In this document: piece by piece, positions 55,704-64,000 of the stretch
Layout of the letters: each line of letters begins with the position of its first letter
Position numbering within the stretch: the first letter of the stretch is position 1
Source: Bacillota bacterium
GTDB taxonomy: Bacteria; Bacillota; Clostridia; Acetivibrionales; DTU013
Direction: 5' to 3'
DNA length: 64,000 bases
Assembly (NCBI GenBank): GCA_023411715.1
Contig: JAEYOM010000201.1
Location: forward strand, 3,370-67,369
Notes under the pieces: model-generated
The model's input: only the letters and a program-made list of their open reading frames with translations
What the model was told of the DNA's origin: nothing
The model's database searches: none
Program-made: the position numbers and the translations under genes

Positions 55704-57094
55704 AGCAGAGGACATTTTTAACAACTCTAGCTCTTTTTCTCTTCTTCTTTAACCTCGGAATCTTCATTGTTTCTGTCGCAATGTTCAGGGATACGGCGAA
55801 CCGTTCGGAGGATAGGAGTCTTAGCGAACATTATTTTATAGCATCCGCCCTGATAAAGGATCTCCAAGCTGTGCAAGGGCGTGGAACCGACATAGACGGT
55901 TCTTTAAATTCACTGCTTCAGCCTTACAGCTACCTGTCCGGGGATAACAAGGCGGGGCTCGCATTTTACAAAAATAATCAACTTGTCTATTTCAGTAAAG
56001 ACGCGACTGTACTGCAGAGCAATTCCCTGGAGCCGCCGGGTAACGGAAATCGCCTGGCAACGATACGGAAAGTTGACGATAGAACTTATGTTATCGTCTC
56101 AGGAAAACTTCCTGCCCCATATGATTCCTACACACTGGTTTATCTTTACGATACGACGGAAGCCATAAACTCATGGAACCGCCTGAAAAACATATTATTC
56201 TTCGCGGGATTTGTCCTCTCAGTTCTGTTCGCTTTCGGCCTTCTTCTCGTGCTAAACCGGATATTCAGGCCTCTTAAGCAGATATCCCGGACCTCCAAGG
56301 ATATCGCGGATGGGGCGTATCAAACAAGACTTCCGGTATCTGGACATGACGAGCTTACCGAAATGTCGCAGAGCTTCAATCACATGGCGGAGGAAATCCA
56401 GCGCCAGATGACGGAACTGAAGGACGCCGCAGATAAAAAGCAGCAGTTCGTCGATAATTTCGCTCACGAGCTCCGCACGCCGCTGACAGCAATCTACGGA
56501 TATGCAGAATACATGCAAAAAGCCGTTTTGTCTGAGGACGACAGACTTTCGGCATTGAATTATATTATGTCCGAAAGCCGCCGACTGCAGACGGTAGCGT
56601 TTCAATTGCTGGAATTGGCAAATCTACAAAACAATCAGATTAACTGTGAAGAACTGAAGGTATCCAGCCTTTTTGAGACGGTCCGTCAAACGCTGAACGG
56701 CAAGCTTGCGGGAAAAGATGTTCAGATAGAATTCAGCAGTGTAATAGAGACAATCCGTGGAGACACCTGCCTGATGGAAAGCATGTTAATCAATCTGATT
56801 GACAACGCGATAAAGGCGTGCGGTACGGGTGGACATATTATTGTAAGCGCGGCCAAGGAAGCCGAAAGGAAAGCGATCAGTGTCCGGGACAACGGAAAAG
56901 GTATGACTCCTGAAGTTCTTTCGCAGATCACGGAACCCTTCTACCGGGGAGAAAAATCGCGGAACCGGAGCGACGGCGGTGCCGGATTGGGCCTTGCTCT
57001 CTGCAAGCAAATAGCTTCGAGCCACGACGCGGAACTAAGCTTTAGCAGCCGTCCTGGCGAAGGGACAACGGCAAAAATAACTTTTACAACTTAA
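55700..57094 (+). CDS. Sensor histidine kinase (two TM segments, HAMP, HisKA, HATPase_c)
   Basis: Its ATG overlaps the regulator's stop (ATGA). It has the H-box FAHELRTPLT, an N-box LIDNAIKA, and G-boxes DNGKGM and GAGLGLAL. Confidence 0.9.
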   Translation: MKQRTFLTTLALFLFFFNLGIFIVSVAMFRDTANRSEDRSLSEHYFIASALIKDLQAVQGRGTDIDGSLNSLLQPYSYLSGDNKAGLAFYKNNQLVYFSKDATVLQSNSLEPPGNGNRLATIRKVDDRTYVIVSGKLPAPYDSYTLVYLYDTTEAINSWNRLKNILFFAGFVLSVLFAFGLLLVLNRIFRPLKQISRTSKDIADGAYQTRLPVSGHDELTEMSQSFNHMAEEIQRQMTELKDAADKKQQFVDNFAHELRTPLTAIYGYAEYMQKAVLSEDDRLSALNYIMSESRRLQTVAFQLLELANLQNNQINCEELKVSSLFETVRQTLNGKLAGKDVQIEFSSVIETIRGDTCLMESMLINLIDNAIKACGTGGHIIVSAAKEAERKAISVRDNGKGMTPEVLSQITEPFYRGEKSRNRSDGGAGLGLALCKQIASSHDAELSFSSRPGEGTTAKITFTT

Positions 57095-57155
57095 TAATAA
57101 CTTGATTACGATTCTATAATTCAGGCCTCATATACTGGTTCCTGTGATCACAAAC

Positions 57156-57187
57156 AAACAATAAAACAATAAAACAATAAAACAATA
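57156..57187 (+). repeat. Perfect 8-bp tandem repeat (AAACAATA) x4 in the 5' leader
   Basis: Four exact units lie at 57156-57187, preceded by the related CAAAC. They end immediately before the RBS AAGGAGAG and the ATG at 57202. Confidence 0.9.
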
Positions 57188-57201
57188 AAGGAGAGATTCA
57201 C

Positions 57202-58095
57202 ATGAAAACAAACAGATCGGAAGGTAAACATGTCCAGAAGTCCGTTTTAGCAGCCGCAATGATCATCGGAGCCAGCACAATGATATTTCAGGGATTTACA
57301 CAAGTAGCCGCAGCGGGGGAATATAACAAGACAAATACGATCCCCACAAGCTACGTAAGTTACATGGATCAGTCATCCAGTACGGTGAAGAACAGCCTGC
57401 CGGAAGGCTACAAAAAAGCAAATTATACGGTAAGGGACATTGACCTTGAGTATTACCGCAATCAAAAACCTACAAGCAAGGACATGGCAAAGAAAAATGC
57501 TGCCGAGATCGGAGCTCAGGCCTTGTGGAGCGTATATGGCTTAAGCCTGGAGGGGCAGGTGGTTGAAATGGGTTATCAGTCGGCAACCGACAGTATTCCC
57601 CGTTCAAGATGGTATGCCGATGTTCTGATCAACGGTGAACGCAGCTATTGCTTCGAAGTAGACTCTGTAACGGGAGAAATATTCGCTGTAAACCACTGCA
57701 GAACGCTGGATAAAAATGTTTCCGTAGCTTATGACGCAGCACTTGCCAAGAACCCGCAGGAATATGCGGCGCTGGCAAAGAAAACTGCTGAGAAGCTCAA
57801 TGTCGTTCACGGCGCGGTCGTGTCGGTTGAATACAACTGCCAGGGCTACAGAAATAACGACCCTGATATCACATTCAATATCAAGGGCGAAAATGGCGAA
57901 GTTGCCTCGATGACTTTCTCAAGATATGACAAGGCTTTGCTTGCAGTCAGCTATAATTCGGGATACCAATATACGCTGAAAACCATGGAAAGAATTGAAC
58001 AGGAGACTAAGGATAGGGACGCACAGAGGCGGAAATCAGCGCCCTCTGCCAATGGAAACCAAGCTCCTTCTCTTACAATAACAGCAGACAATTAA
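57202..58095 (+). CDS. Secreted protein with two PepSY-like modules
   Basis: 297 aa with a signal peptide (…IFQGFTQVAAA). Two segments resemble PepSY (…AEIGAQALWSVYGL…FEVDSVTGEIFAV and …AEKLNVVHGAVVSVEY…GEVASMTF). The assignment is tentative. Confidence 0.5.
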   Translation: MKTNRSEGKHVQKSVLAAAMIIGASTMIFQGFTQVAAAGEYNKTNTIPTSYVSYMDQSSSTVKNSLPEGYKKANYTVRDIDLEYYRNQKPTSKDMAKKNAAEIGAQALWSVYGLSLEGQVVEMGYQSATDSIPRSRWYADVLINGERSYCFEVDSVTGEIFAVNHCRTLDKNVSVAYDAALAKNPQEYAALAKKTAEKLNVVHGAVVSVEYNCQGYRNNDPDITFNIKGENGEVASMTFSRYDKALLAVSYNSGYQYTLKTMERIEQETKDRDAQRRKSAPSANGNQAPSLTITADN

Positions 58096-58192
58096 AAAAT
58101 ATATAGTCCAGGTTGCCGAGTTAAAACGTGACAGCTTGGGCTATATTTACAACTGACGCTGCTCTGTTCATTCATGAGCTTTTTTTACGTAA

Positions 58193-58226
58193 TCGGCTGG
58201 CCGCATTTCCGGCTAGCCGATTTTTA
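58193..58226 (+). terminator. Rho-independent terminator
   Basis: Stem TCGGCTGGCC / loop GCATTTCC / stem GGCTAGCCGA (one mismatch), followed by TTTTTA. Confidence 0.6.
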
Positions 58227-58405
58227 TACTCCCCCTGGATCCTTATCATACTCGCTATGCGCGAGTAAAGGGTATTTGTCGTTATCGACATTTCTCTGCC
58301 CTAACATATCACTCTTCTATTAGGGATTTATGCGGCATATAATTTATTGTTTCGCATCCATACGCGATCAGAGGATCCCAGTGTTCGAAAGGCCGGAGGT
58401 TAGCC

Positions 58406-59395
58406 ATGCAGGGAATGGAAAGAGAAATAGCCGAAAACTATGGACTGGAAGTGAAAAATCTGTTTCCATATAAGGATACGTATATGATAGTAACTGCGCA
58501 GGGGCGCAAGGTCATAAAAAAGATACCCTTTTCAGTCGACAGGTTGAGATTCGTACACGGTGCAAAGGAACACCTCGCCAGCAACGGATTTGACAATATA
58601 GACAGGTATATTTGCACAGCGTCGGGAGAACCGGGCTTCCTGTATAATAACGTCTATTATACGCTGACAGACTTTTCGGAAGGTCGAGAGAGCAACTTTG
58701 ACAGCGACAATGATGTGAAAAAGGCTGCGCTCGCACTGGCTGATCTGCATAAAGCGTCAAGAGGATATACGGCTCCCGAAAACAGTAAAGTGCAGGATGA
58801 TTTGGGCAAGCTGCCGGGATTTTTCGCCAAACGCCTTGATGATATAAAGAAGATGAAGAAACAGGCTAAAAAGGGTAAAGGCAGGTTCGATCAGCTTTTT
58901 CTCCAGTATGTCGACTACTTTATCGAACTGGGTGAAAAAGCGTCACAGGAGCTTGAAGCGTCCGACTATGCGAGAATAGCCGAAAGAACCAGAAAAGAGG
59001 GGCTCTTCTGTCATCATGATTACACCCACCATAACATATTGATGGAGGGCGAAAAAGTGATCGTAACGAACTTCGACTACTGCTGCCATGAATTAAGAGT
59101 ATATGATATCGCCAACTTTATTCGCAGGAAGATGCGCAAGTGCGATTGGGATATATCCAAAACAGAAATCATAATACAATCCTACAACTCTATAGAAACG
59201 TTGAGCAGCGATGAACTGGCTGTAATGAAGATCATACTGCAGTTTCCCCAGAAGTTCTGGCGGGTAGTCAACCGGTATTACAACAGCAGGCGCAGCTGGT
59301 CCGAGAAGAGCTTCATCATGCGGCTTCAGGAGGTAATCGATGAAGTTGCGCCGCTGAATAACTTCTTATCCGAGTACCAAAGGCTTTTTCTTTAA
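58406..59395 (+). CDS. CotS-family spore coat protein kinase-like (aminoglycoside phosphotransferase fold)
   Basis: 329 aa with the catalytic loop FCHHDYTHHNILM, followed by TNFDYC. A GGAGGT RBS precedes it. Confidence 0.8.
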   Translation: MQGMEREIAENYGLEVKNLFPYKDTYMIVTAQGRKVIKKIPFSVDRLRFVHGAKEHLASNGFDNIDRYICTASGEPGFLYNNVYYTLTDFSEGRESNFDSDNDVKKAALALADLHKASRGYTAPENSKVQDDLGKLPGFFAKRLDDIKKMKKQAKKGKGRFDQLFLQYVDYFIELGEKASQELEASDYARIAERTRKEGLFCHHDYTHHNILMEGEKVIVTNFDYCCHELRVYDIANFIRRKMRKCDWDISKTEIIIQSYNSIETLSSDELAVMKIILQFPQKFWRVVNRYYNSRRSWSEKSFIMRLQEVIDEVAPLNNFLSEYQRLFL

Positions 59396-59403
59396 GAAGC
59401 GTG

Positions 59404-61074
59404 TCAAAACAGTCCGGTTATTATGCCGTTCTCGTCTATATCGATCTTCTCGGCTGCGGGGACCCTTGGCAAGCCCGGCATCGTCATGATCTCACCGGTT
59501 AGGGCTACTATGAAGCCGGCGCCTGCAGACACCTTTATCTCACGGACATTGATCTCGAAATTCTCTGGCCTTCCGAGGATATTTGGGTTATCTGAAAGTG
59601 AGTATTGGGTCTTTGCCATACATATAGGAAGCTCGTCAAGGTGCATTTCTTCAAGCTTTTTAATGGCTTTATCTGCCGCAGGTGTGTAGGTAACGCCGCG
59701 TGCGCCGTATATTTCTCTGGCAATGGTCTCTATCTTGGTTTTTACAGGGTCCTTCTCGTCATAAAGCGTTTTAAAGCCCGAAGGTATATTATGTATCACG
59801 TGCACCAGCTTTTCCGCGAGCTCCTTTCCACCTTCGCCGCCTTTTGCAAAGACCTGCGAAAATGCAACCTCTACGTTCATACCTTTGCATCTCGTCCTTA
59901 CATACTCGATCTCCTCATGGGTATCGGAATCAAAATGATTAATGGCGACAACTACCGGAACGCCGTATTTTTTGAGATTTTCAACATGCTTCTCAAGGTT
60001 TGCGAAGCCTACCTTGAGGGAATGCAGATCTTCCTGTTTTAGATTTTCCTTTTTAGCACCGCCGTTATATTTTAATGCGCGGATCGTCGCGACAAGAACG
60101 GCGGCATCCGGTTTGAAGCCCGCGAAACGGCATTTTATATCAAAGAATTTCTCGGCGCCCAGATCGGCCCCGAAGCCCGCTTCGGTTATTACGTAGTCCG
60201 CCAGCTTCAAAGCAAGCTTAGTCGCATTAATACTGTTGCAGCCGTGTGCTATGTTTGCGAATGGCCCGCCGTGCATTAATGCAGGGGTGTTTTCCAGAGT
60301 CTGGACCAGGTTCGGCTTGATCGCGTCTTTAAGCAGCAGTGTCATCGCTCCTTCGACTTTCAGCTGCGATGCTGTGACAGGCGCGCCGGAGTAGGTATAT
60401 CCGATAATGATCCTGCCGAGCCTTTTTTTCAGATCCGTCAGGTTGCTTGCCAGACACAGTATCGCCATGACCTCCGATGCCACGGTTATGACAAAACCGT
60501 CCTCACGGGGGGTTCCGTTAGCCTTTCCTCCGAGCCCGACGACAATGCTCCTCAGGGCTCTGTCGTTCATATCCATAGCCCTCTTCCAGGAGATCTGCCT
60601 GGGATCTATGCCAAGTTCGTTGCCCTGCTGTATATGGTTGTCTATCGCAGCCGACAGCAGATTGTTGGCTGTAGTTATAGCGTGCATATCGCCTGTGAAA
60701 TGCAGGTTTATATCCTCCATGGGAACGACCTGTGAATACCCTCCGCCCGCCGCCCCTCCTTTCACGCCCATAACAGGGCCGAGCGAAGGTTCCCTGAGTG
60801 CGATAATCGCCTTCTTGCCGATTTTCGCCATAGCCTGCCCCAACCCGACGGTGGTTGTAGTTTTTCCCTCTCCCGCAGGAGTGGGATTGATCGCCGTGAC
60901 AAGGATAAGTTTGCCGTCCTTGCGACCCTTTACCCTTTCCCACAATTCAGGCGACAGCTTGGCCTTGTATCTGCCGTAAAGCTCCAATTCATCCGCCTGT
61001 ATGCCGATAGAGGCGGCAATCTCGGAAATCGGTTTCATTTTGGACTGCTGGGCTATTTCTATATCGGTAAGCAT
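59404..61074 (-). CDS. fhs: Formate--tetrahydrofolate ligase
   Basis: It has the P-loop [15 protein letters not shown] and the start MLTDIEIAQ..., typical of FTHFS. The ORF track extends 12 codons upstream to 61110, where there is no RBS. Confidence 0.95.
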   Translation of the reverse strand: MLTDIEIAQQSKMKPISEIAASIGIQADELELYGRYKAKLSPELWERVKGRKDGKLILVTAINPTPAGEGKTTTTVGLGQAMAKIGKKAIIALREPSLGPVMGVKGGAAGGGYSQVVPMEDINLHFTGDMHAITTANNLLSAAIDNHIQQGNELGIDPRQISWKRAMDMNDRALRSIVVGLGGKANGTPREDGFVITVASEVMAILCLASNLTDLKKRLGRIIIGYTYSGAPVTASQLKVEGAMTLLLKDAIKPNLVQTLENTPALMHGGPFANIAHGCNSINATKLALKLADYVITEAGFGADLGAEKFFDIKCRFAGFKPDAAVLVATIRALKYNGGAKKENLKQEDLHSLKVGFANLEKHVENLKKYGVPVVVAINHFDSDTHEEIEYVRTRCKGMNVEVAFSQVFAKGGEGGKELAEKLVHVIHNIPSGFKTLYDEKDPVKTKIETIAREIYGARGVTYTPAADKAIKKLEEMHLDELPICMAKTQYSLSDNPNILGRPENFEINVREIKVSAGAGFIVALTGEIMTMPGLPRVPAAEKIDIDENGIITGLF

Positions 61075-61285
61075 ATCGTTCAACCTTTCTTTCAAGCCGG
61101 GTTGTTTCATGTATTATTTTACTTTACATTATACCAACCTGTTTTTGTCAAAACAATACTTAAGGCTTCCATAACGCCGCATTTTCAATTATTCCGTCAC
61201 AAATGCCATATATGTAAACATATTATGTATTAGCGATAATTCGATTATTCCGGGACCGGATCGAAGCTGGGATGGTGATGGATAC

Positions 61286-62212
61286 ATGGACGGGCTGAAA
61301 ATCGGCGACATAGTTGCCAGAAAATCCTACGCATATGATATCTTTTTCAAGGTAGTTAATATAACAAATAATGGCACCGACAGAATAGCTACCCTGAAGG
61401 GGATCAGCTACAGGATCGAAGCGGATGCTCCCGAATCGGATCTTCAGGTGCAGCCCGAGCACAAGGTGAGGGAATACAGGGACAGGTGCTGCCTGGTCGC
61501 ACAGACAAGGGCTGCGGACAGAAAAGGGCAGTCCTCCGATAGTAGGGGCACTGCAGTAGAATACGCAGGAAATTATTTCTCGCCGCGCTTCAGGGGATAC
61601 ACAAAAAAAGCGTATAACAGAGATACTTCAAACGAGAAAATGGCCAAAATGAAGCGGCCCGGGAAAGTACTCCATTTGGATGGAGACAAGGATTATCTCG
61701 ACAGTTGCCTTGAAGAATACAGAAAACTCGGACTGGAGGTCGCAGGCCAGTATGTTCCGGAAAAGGAGCAGCCGGGTAAGGTGGCAGCCCTGTTAAAGGA
61801 GCATAGACCTGATATACTGGTGCTGACGGGGCATGACGGCTTTATAAAGGGTGAGGACAGTTATACCAATATCGCTTCCTACAGAAATTCGCGCTACTTT
61901 ATAGAAGCGGTCAGGGAAGCAAGAAAATATAACAGTGATATGGATTCGCTCGTAATTTTTGCCGGTGCATGCCAGTCTTTATATAAAGAAATAATAAAGG
62001 CAGGAGCGAATTTTGCCAGCGCTCCGTTCAGAGACCTGATCCATGCGCTTGACCCTGTCAGGGTCTGCCAGAAAATTGCTTTTACGAGTATAGAGAAGGT
62101 CCTGAATGCACAGGACGTAATAGACAATACAATAACGGGAAAGACAGGTATCGGCGGTATCCAGACAAGGGGGAAATACAGGGAGGGTTTTCCTGAGGAA
62201 CCATATATCTAG
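61286..62212 (+). CDS. yabG: Sporulation-specific protease YabG
   Basis: 308 aa reading MDGLKIGDIVARKSYAYDIFFKV ... LVLTGHDG ... FAGACQS. It is adjacent to veg, as in Bacillus. Confidence 0.88.
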   Translation: MDGLKIGDIVARKSYAYDIFFKVVNITNNGTDRIATLKGISYRIEADAPESDLQVQPEHKVREYRDRCCLVAQTRAADRKGQSSDSRGTAVEYAGNYFSPRFRGYTKKAYNRDTSNEKMAKMKRPGKVLHLDGDKDYLDSCLEEYRKLGLEVAGQYVPEKEQPGKVAALLKEHRPDILVLTGHDGFIKGEDSYTNIASYRNSRYFIEAVREARKYNSDMDSLVIFAGACQSLYKEIIKAGANFASAPFRDLIHALDPVRVCQKIAFTSIEKVLNAQDVIDNTITGKTGIGGIQTRGKYREGFPEEPYI

Positions 62213-62350
62213 TAAATAAGGAATGTAAATCTAGGAAATAATCATGCAACCGGTGTTTGGATCCATAATTAAATTTTAACCGAAAAACAGCCATAATATG
62301 GAATTAATGCCCGAAAGACTATCAAAATCAATATTTTTTTTAAAAAAAGC

Positions 62351-62380
62351 TTGACATAAATAAATTACCCTTGTTATAAT
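62351..62380 (+). promoter_or_regulatory. veg promoter P1 (extended -10)
   Basis: TTGACA (62351-62356), an 18-nt spacer ending in TGT, then TATAAT (62375-62380). Confidence 0.55.
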
Positions 62381-62391
62381 ATATTATTTTT

Positions 62392-62420
62392 TTGACAAGC
62401 TGTACTTTTTGTGATATAAT
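62392..62420 (+). promoter_or_regulatory. veg promoter P2 (consensus, extended -10)
   Basis: TTGACA (62392-62397), a 17-nt spacer ending in TGA, then TATAAT (62415-62420). It lies 27 nt upstream of the veg ATG. Confidence 0.6.
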
Positions 62421-62447
62421 AAATAAAACAGAAGATGAGGTGATTCA

Positions 62448-62714
62448 ATGGCGGAAAAGAGTGACCTGTTTCAAATAAAGAAAAACATTGAAACCTGCAT
62501 TGGCCAAAAAGTACAGTTGAAAGCTAATAAGGGAAGAAAAAAGGCATTTATTAAAGAGGGAGTTATTGAGAATTCATATCCCAGCATCTTCATCATCAAG
62601 TTTGAGAACGAATACGAGACAACAAGAAGGGTTTCCTACAGTTATACAGACATTCTCACGAAGGCAGTTGAGTTGGTAATTTGCAAGGATGACAAAAGAA
62701 TCAGAGTCAGCTGA
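62448..62714 (+). CDS. veg: Veg protein (biofilm/sporulation-associated small DNA-binding protein)
   Basis: 88 aa reading IKKNIETCIGQKVQLKANKGRKKAFIKEGVIENSYPSIFIIKF...RRVSYSYTDILTKAVEL, a clear Veg sequence. Confidence 0.92.
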   Translation: MAEKSDLFQIKKNIETCIGQKVQLKANKGRKKAFIKEGVIENSYPSIFIIKFENEYETTRRVSYSYTDILTKAVELVICKDDKRIRVS

Positions 62715-62747
62715 CATGATGATCAAGATAAGAATAAAACCTTTTTA

Positions 62748-62781
62748 AAGCGACCCGATCGTAGAACGACCGGGTCGCTTT
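62748..62781 (+). terminator. Hairpin terminator after veg
   Basis: Stem AAAGCGACCCG (62748-62758) pairs with CGGGTCGCTTT (62771-62781). Confidence 0.55.
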
Positions 62782-62786
62782 CATGT

Positions 62787-62887
62787 GAAACCTGGATGCT
62801 CGATGCTTCCGGGTTTTTTATTAATGGAACATAGCGTAGTCTTGTTCAAAAAATCTGGATGCTTGATGCTTCCAGGTTATTTATTTA
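62787..62887 (+). repeat. Two copies of a ~25-bp hairpin-forming direct repeat, 62 bp apart
   Basis: CTGGATGCTCGATGCTTCCGGGTT (from 62792) is followed by TTTTATT. CTGGATGCTTGATGCTTCCAGGTT (from 62854) is followed by ATTTATTTAT. Each folds as CTGGA...TCCAG/TCCGG. Confidence 0.5.
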
Positions 62888-63008
62888 TGTAATATTTTAA
62901 CCCCCTTGTCAATATACATTAGATAAGCTGCAGTGAAAAATCATACCCAGTATTTTCATTGCACATAAATGAAACATGTCTGCAGTCATGCGGGGGGAGG
63001 ATTTTTTC

Positions 63009-64000
63009 ATGTCTCTTGAATTGATAAGGGAGGCCGTCAGGCTGAATCAACCTATAGGCGAGGATACGACCCAGGCTATTGTCGAGAATGATATCATAGT
63101 GCCGGATATAAAACCGGATATTGCCCGTATATTGCTTTTGGACGGCGATGCGTTCGTAAACGGTGTGGAGACTGCATCTGACAAACTTTTGATCACTGGT
63201 ACGGTGAGATATAAGATACTTTATGTTTCAGACGATCCTGAACAACCGATAAAAAGCATCAATACGTCATCAGGCTTCCATTATTCGGTGGATATCCCAG
63301 AAGCGAGGCAGGGCATGCAGAGCCGTGTCAAATGCGATATTGAACACATGGAGTATGAGATCCTCAACAGCAGAAAGGTCAATGTAAAAGCGATACTCAA
63401 TCTGTACGGCAAGGTGACGAGCCCGTTCGAGCAGTATATAACCAGGGATTTTTCAGGAGTTGAGGAAGTACAGGTCCTGAGAAACACGATCAGCGTCAAT
63501 TCCTATATAGGAGAGAGCAGCGCAGTCTGCCCTGTAAGAGAGACACTGGAATTGCCCGCGGGAAAGCCGACGATACTTGAAATATTGAGAAATGACGCCA
63601 AGGTTTCAGGCAAGGAGTACAAGGTAAGCGAAGGTAAGCTTGCCGTCAAAGGAGAACTGAACATATCCACGCTTTACATCGCAGATGATGAAACACGTAG
63701 CATCCAGTTCATGGAGCACGAGGTACCATTTACGCAGCTTGTCGATCTGGACGGCATAGATGAGGATTCGTATTGCAACGTGGATTTCGATCTCCGTGAA
63801 TTGAGTTTTGATGCAGAGGAGGATGCCGACGGAGAACTCCGCCTGCTCAAGTGTGAAACGACGTTGGGCATTTATGCGGAAAGCTTCGGAAAGAAGGATA
63901 TAGAACTGGTTGAGGACGCGTACAGTCCAAATTCGAGGATGAGTCTGGAGAAAGATCAGCTGAAACTCGATGAACTCGTATCGGATAACAGGAGCCAGAT
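63009..64000 (+). CDS. DUF3794 (SPOCS) repeat protein, SipL-like spore coat morphogenetic protein, 3' end beyond the window
   Basis: The ATG at 63009 follows GGGGGGAGG, and the frame stays open to the window end (about 330 codons). The N-terminus MSLELIREAVRLNQPIGEDTTQAIVENDIIVPDIKPDIARIL is typical of DUF3794 proteins. Confidence 0.7.
   Translation, partial: MSLELIREAVRLNQPIGEDTTQAIVENDIIVPDIKPDIARILLLDGDAFVNGVETASDKLLITGTVRYKILYVSDDPEQPIKSINTSSGFHYSVDIPEARQGMQSRVKCDIEHMEYEILNSRKVNVKAILNLYGKVTSPFEQYITRDFSGVEEVQVLRNTISVNSYIGESSAVCPVRETLELPAGKPTILEILRNDAKVSGKEYKVSEGKLAVKGELNISTLYIADDETRSIQFMEHEVPFTQLVDLDGIDEDSYCNVDFDLRELSFDAEEDADGELRLLKCETTLGIYAESFGKKDIELVEDAYSPNSRMSLEKDQLKLDELVSDNRSQ

Noticed and set aside
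58230-58405. Sigma-K/sigma-E type sporulation promoters upstream of the cotS-family gene (e.g. GCATATAAT, CATACGCG)
   Set aside because: The matches to CATA---TA and CATACA-T are partial, and I could not pair them with a convincing -35 element. They are too weak to call without transcription start site data.
61111-61285. A possible ZTP (pfl) or other riboswitch upstream of fhs, and a T-box upstream of the serS remnant (16865-16935)
   Set aside because: I read both leaders and saw no conserved cores (no pfl pseudoknot motifs, no T-box AGGGUGGNACCGCG sequence). The serS leader is only about 70 nt. An Infernal scan would be needed for certainty.
62776-62791. A parS-like sequence, GCTTTCATGTGAAACC
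   Set aside because: It has four mismatches to TGTTTCACGTGAAACA, including one in the central CACGTG core, and it overlaps the veg terminator stem.

Overview
This window looks like the chromosomal replication-origin region of an endospore-forming member of the Clostridia (Bacillota). The taxon call is an inference from gene content: bofA, yabG, veg, a cotS-family kinase, a SipL-like DUF3794 protein, PFOR and fhs. The left flank, on the minus strand, has the canonical order mnmG (3' end off-window), mnmE, jag, yidC, yidD, rnpA, rpmH. A DnaA-box region follows, then dnaA, dnaN, yaaA, recF, remB and gyrB on the plus strand. No gyrA follows gyrB. Instead there is a parA-parB-DUF4446 operon bracketed by two perfect parS sites, then a decayed serS fragment and two tRNA-Ser genes. 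The rest is mostly metabolic or housekeeping: a GH39 glycosidase; an M20 amidohydrolase with L-serine dehydratase sdaAB/sdaAA; a YesM/YesN-type two-component system with an LplABC-type sugar ABC importer plus creatininase-family, esterase and Fe-S aldo/keto reductase genes; gltBD; PFOR (nifJ); an OmpR/HK pair; fhs; and several sporulation genes. I saw no CRISPR array, transposase, integrase, prophage or recognisable defence genes. The best candidates for uncharacterised biology are: (1) a tightly packed DUF2975 / YozG-type HTH / DUF4153-like / DUF4097 operon with a palindromic operator-like promoter; (2) a PadR-DUF1700 pair followed by a patch of decayed genes; and (3) several non-coding oddities (a stem-loop cluster between yaaA and recF, an 8-bp x4 repeat in a 5' leader, 21-bp heptad repeats in a kinase linker, and a GC-rich island after nifJ). 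All coordinates for hairpins, boxes and revised starts come from reading the sequence by eye. No folding energies, HMM scores or database searches were run.
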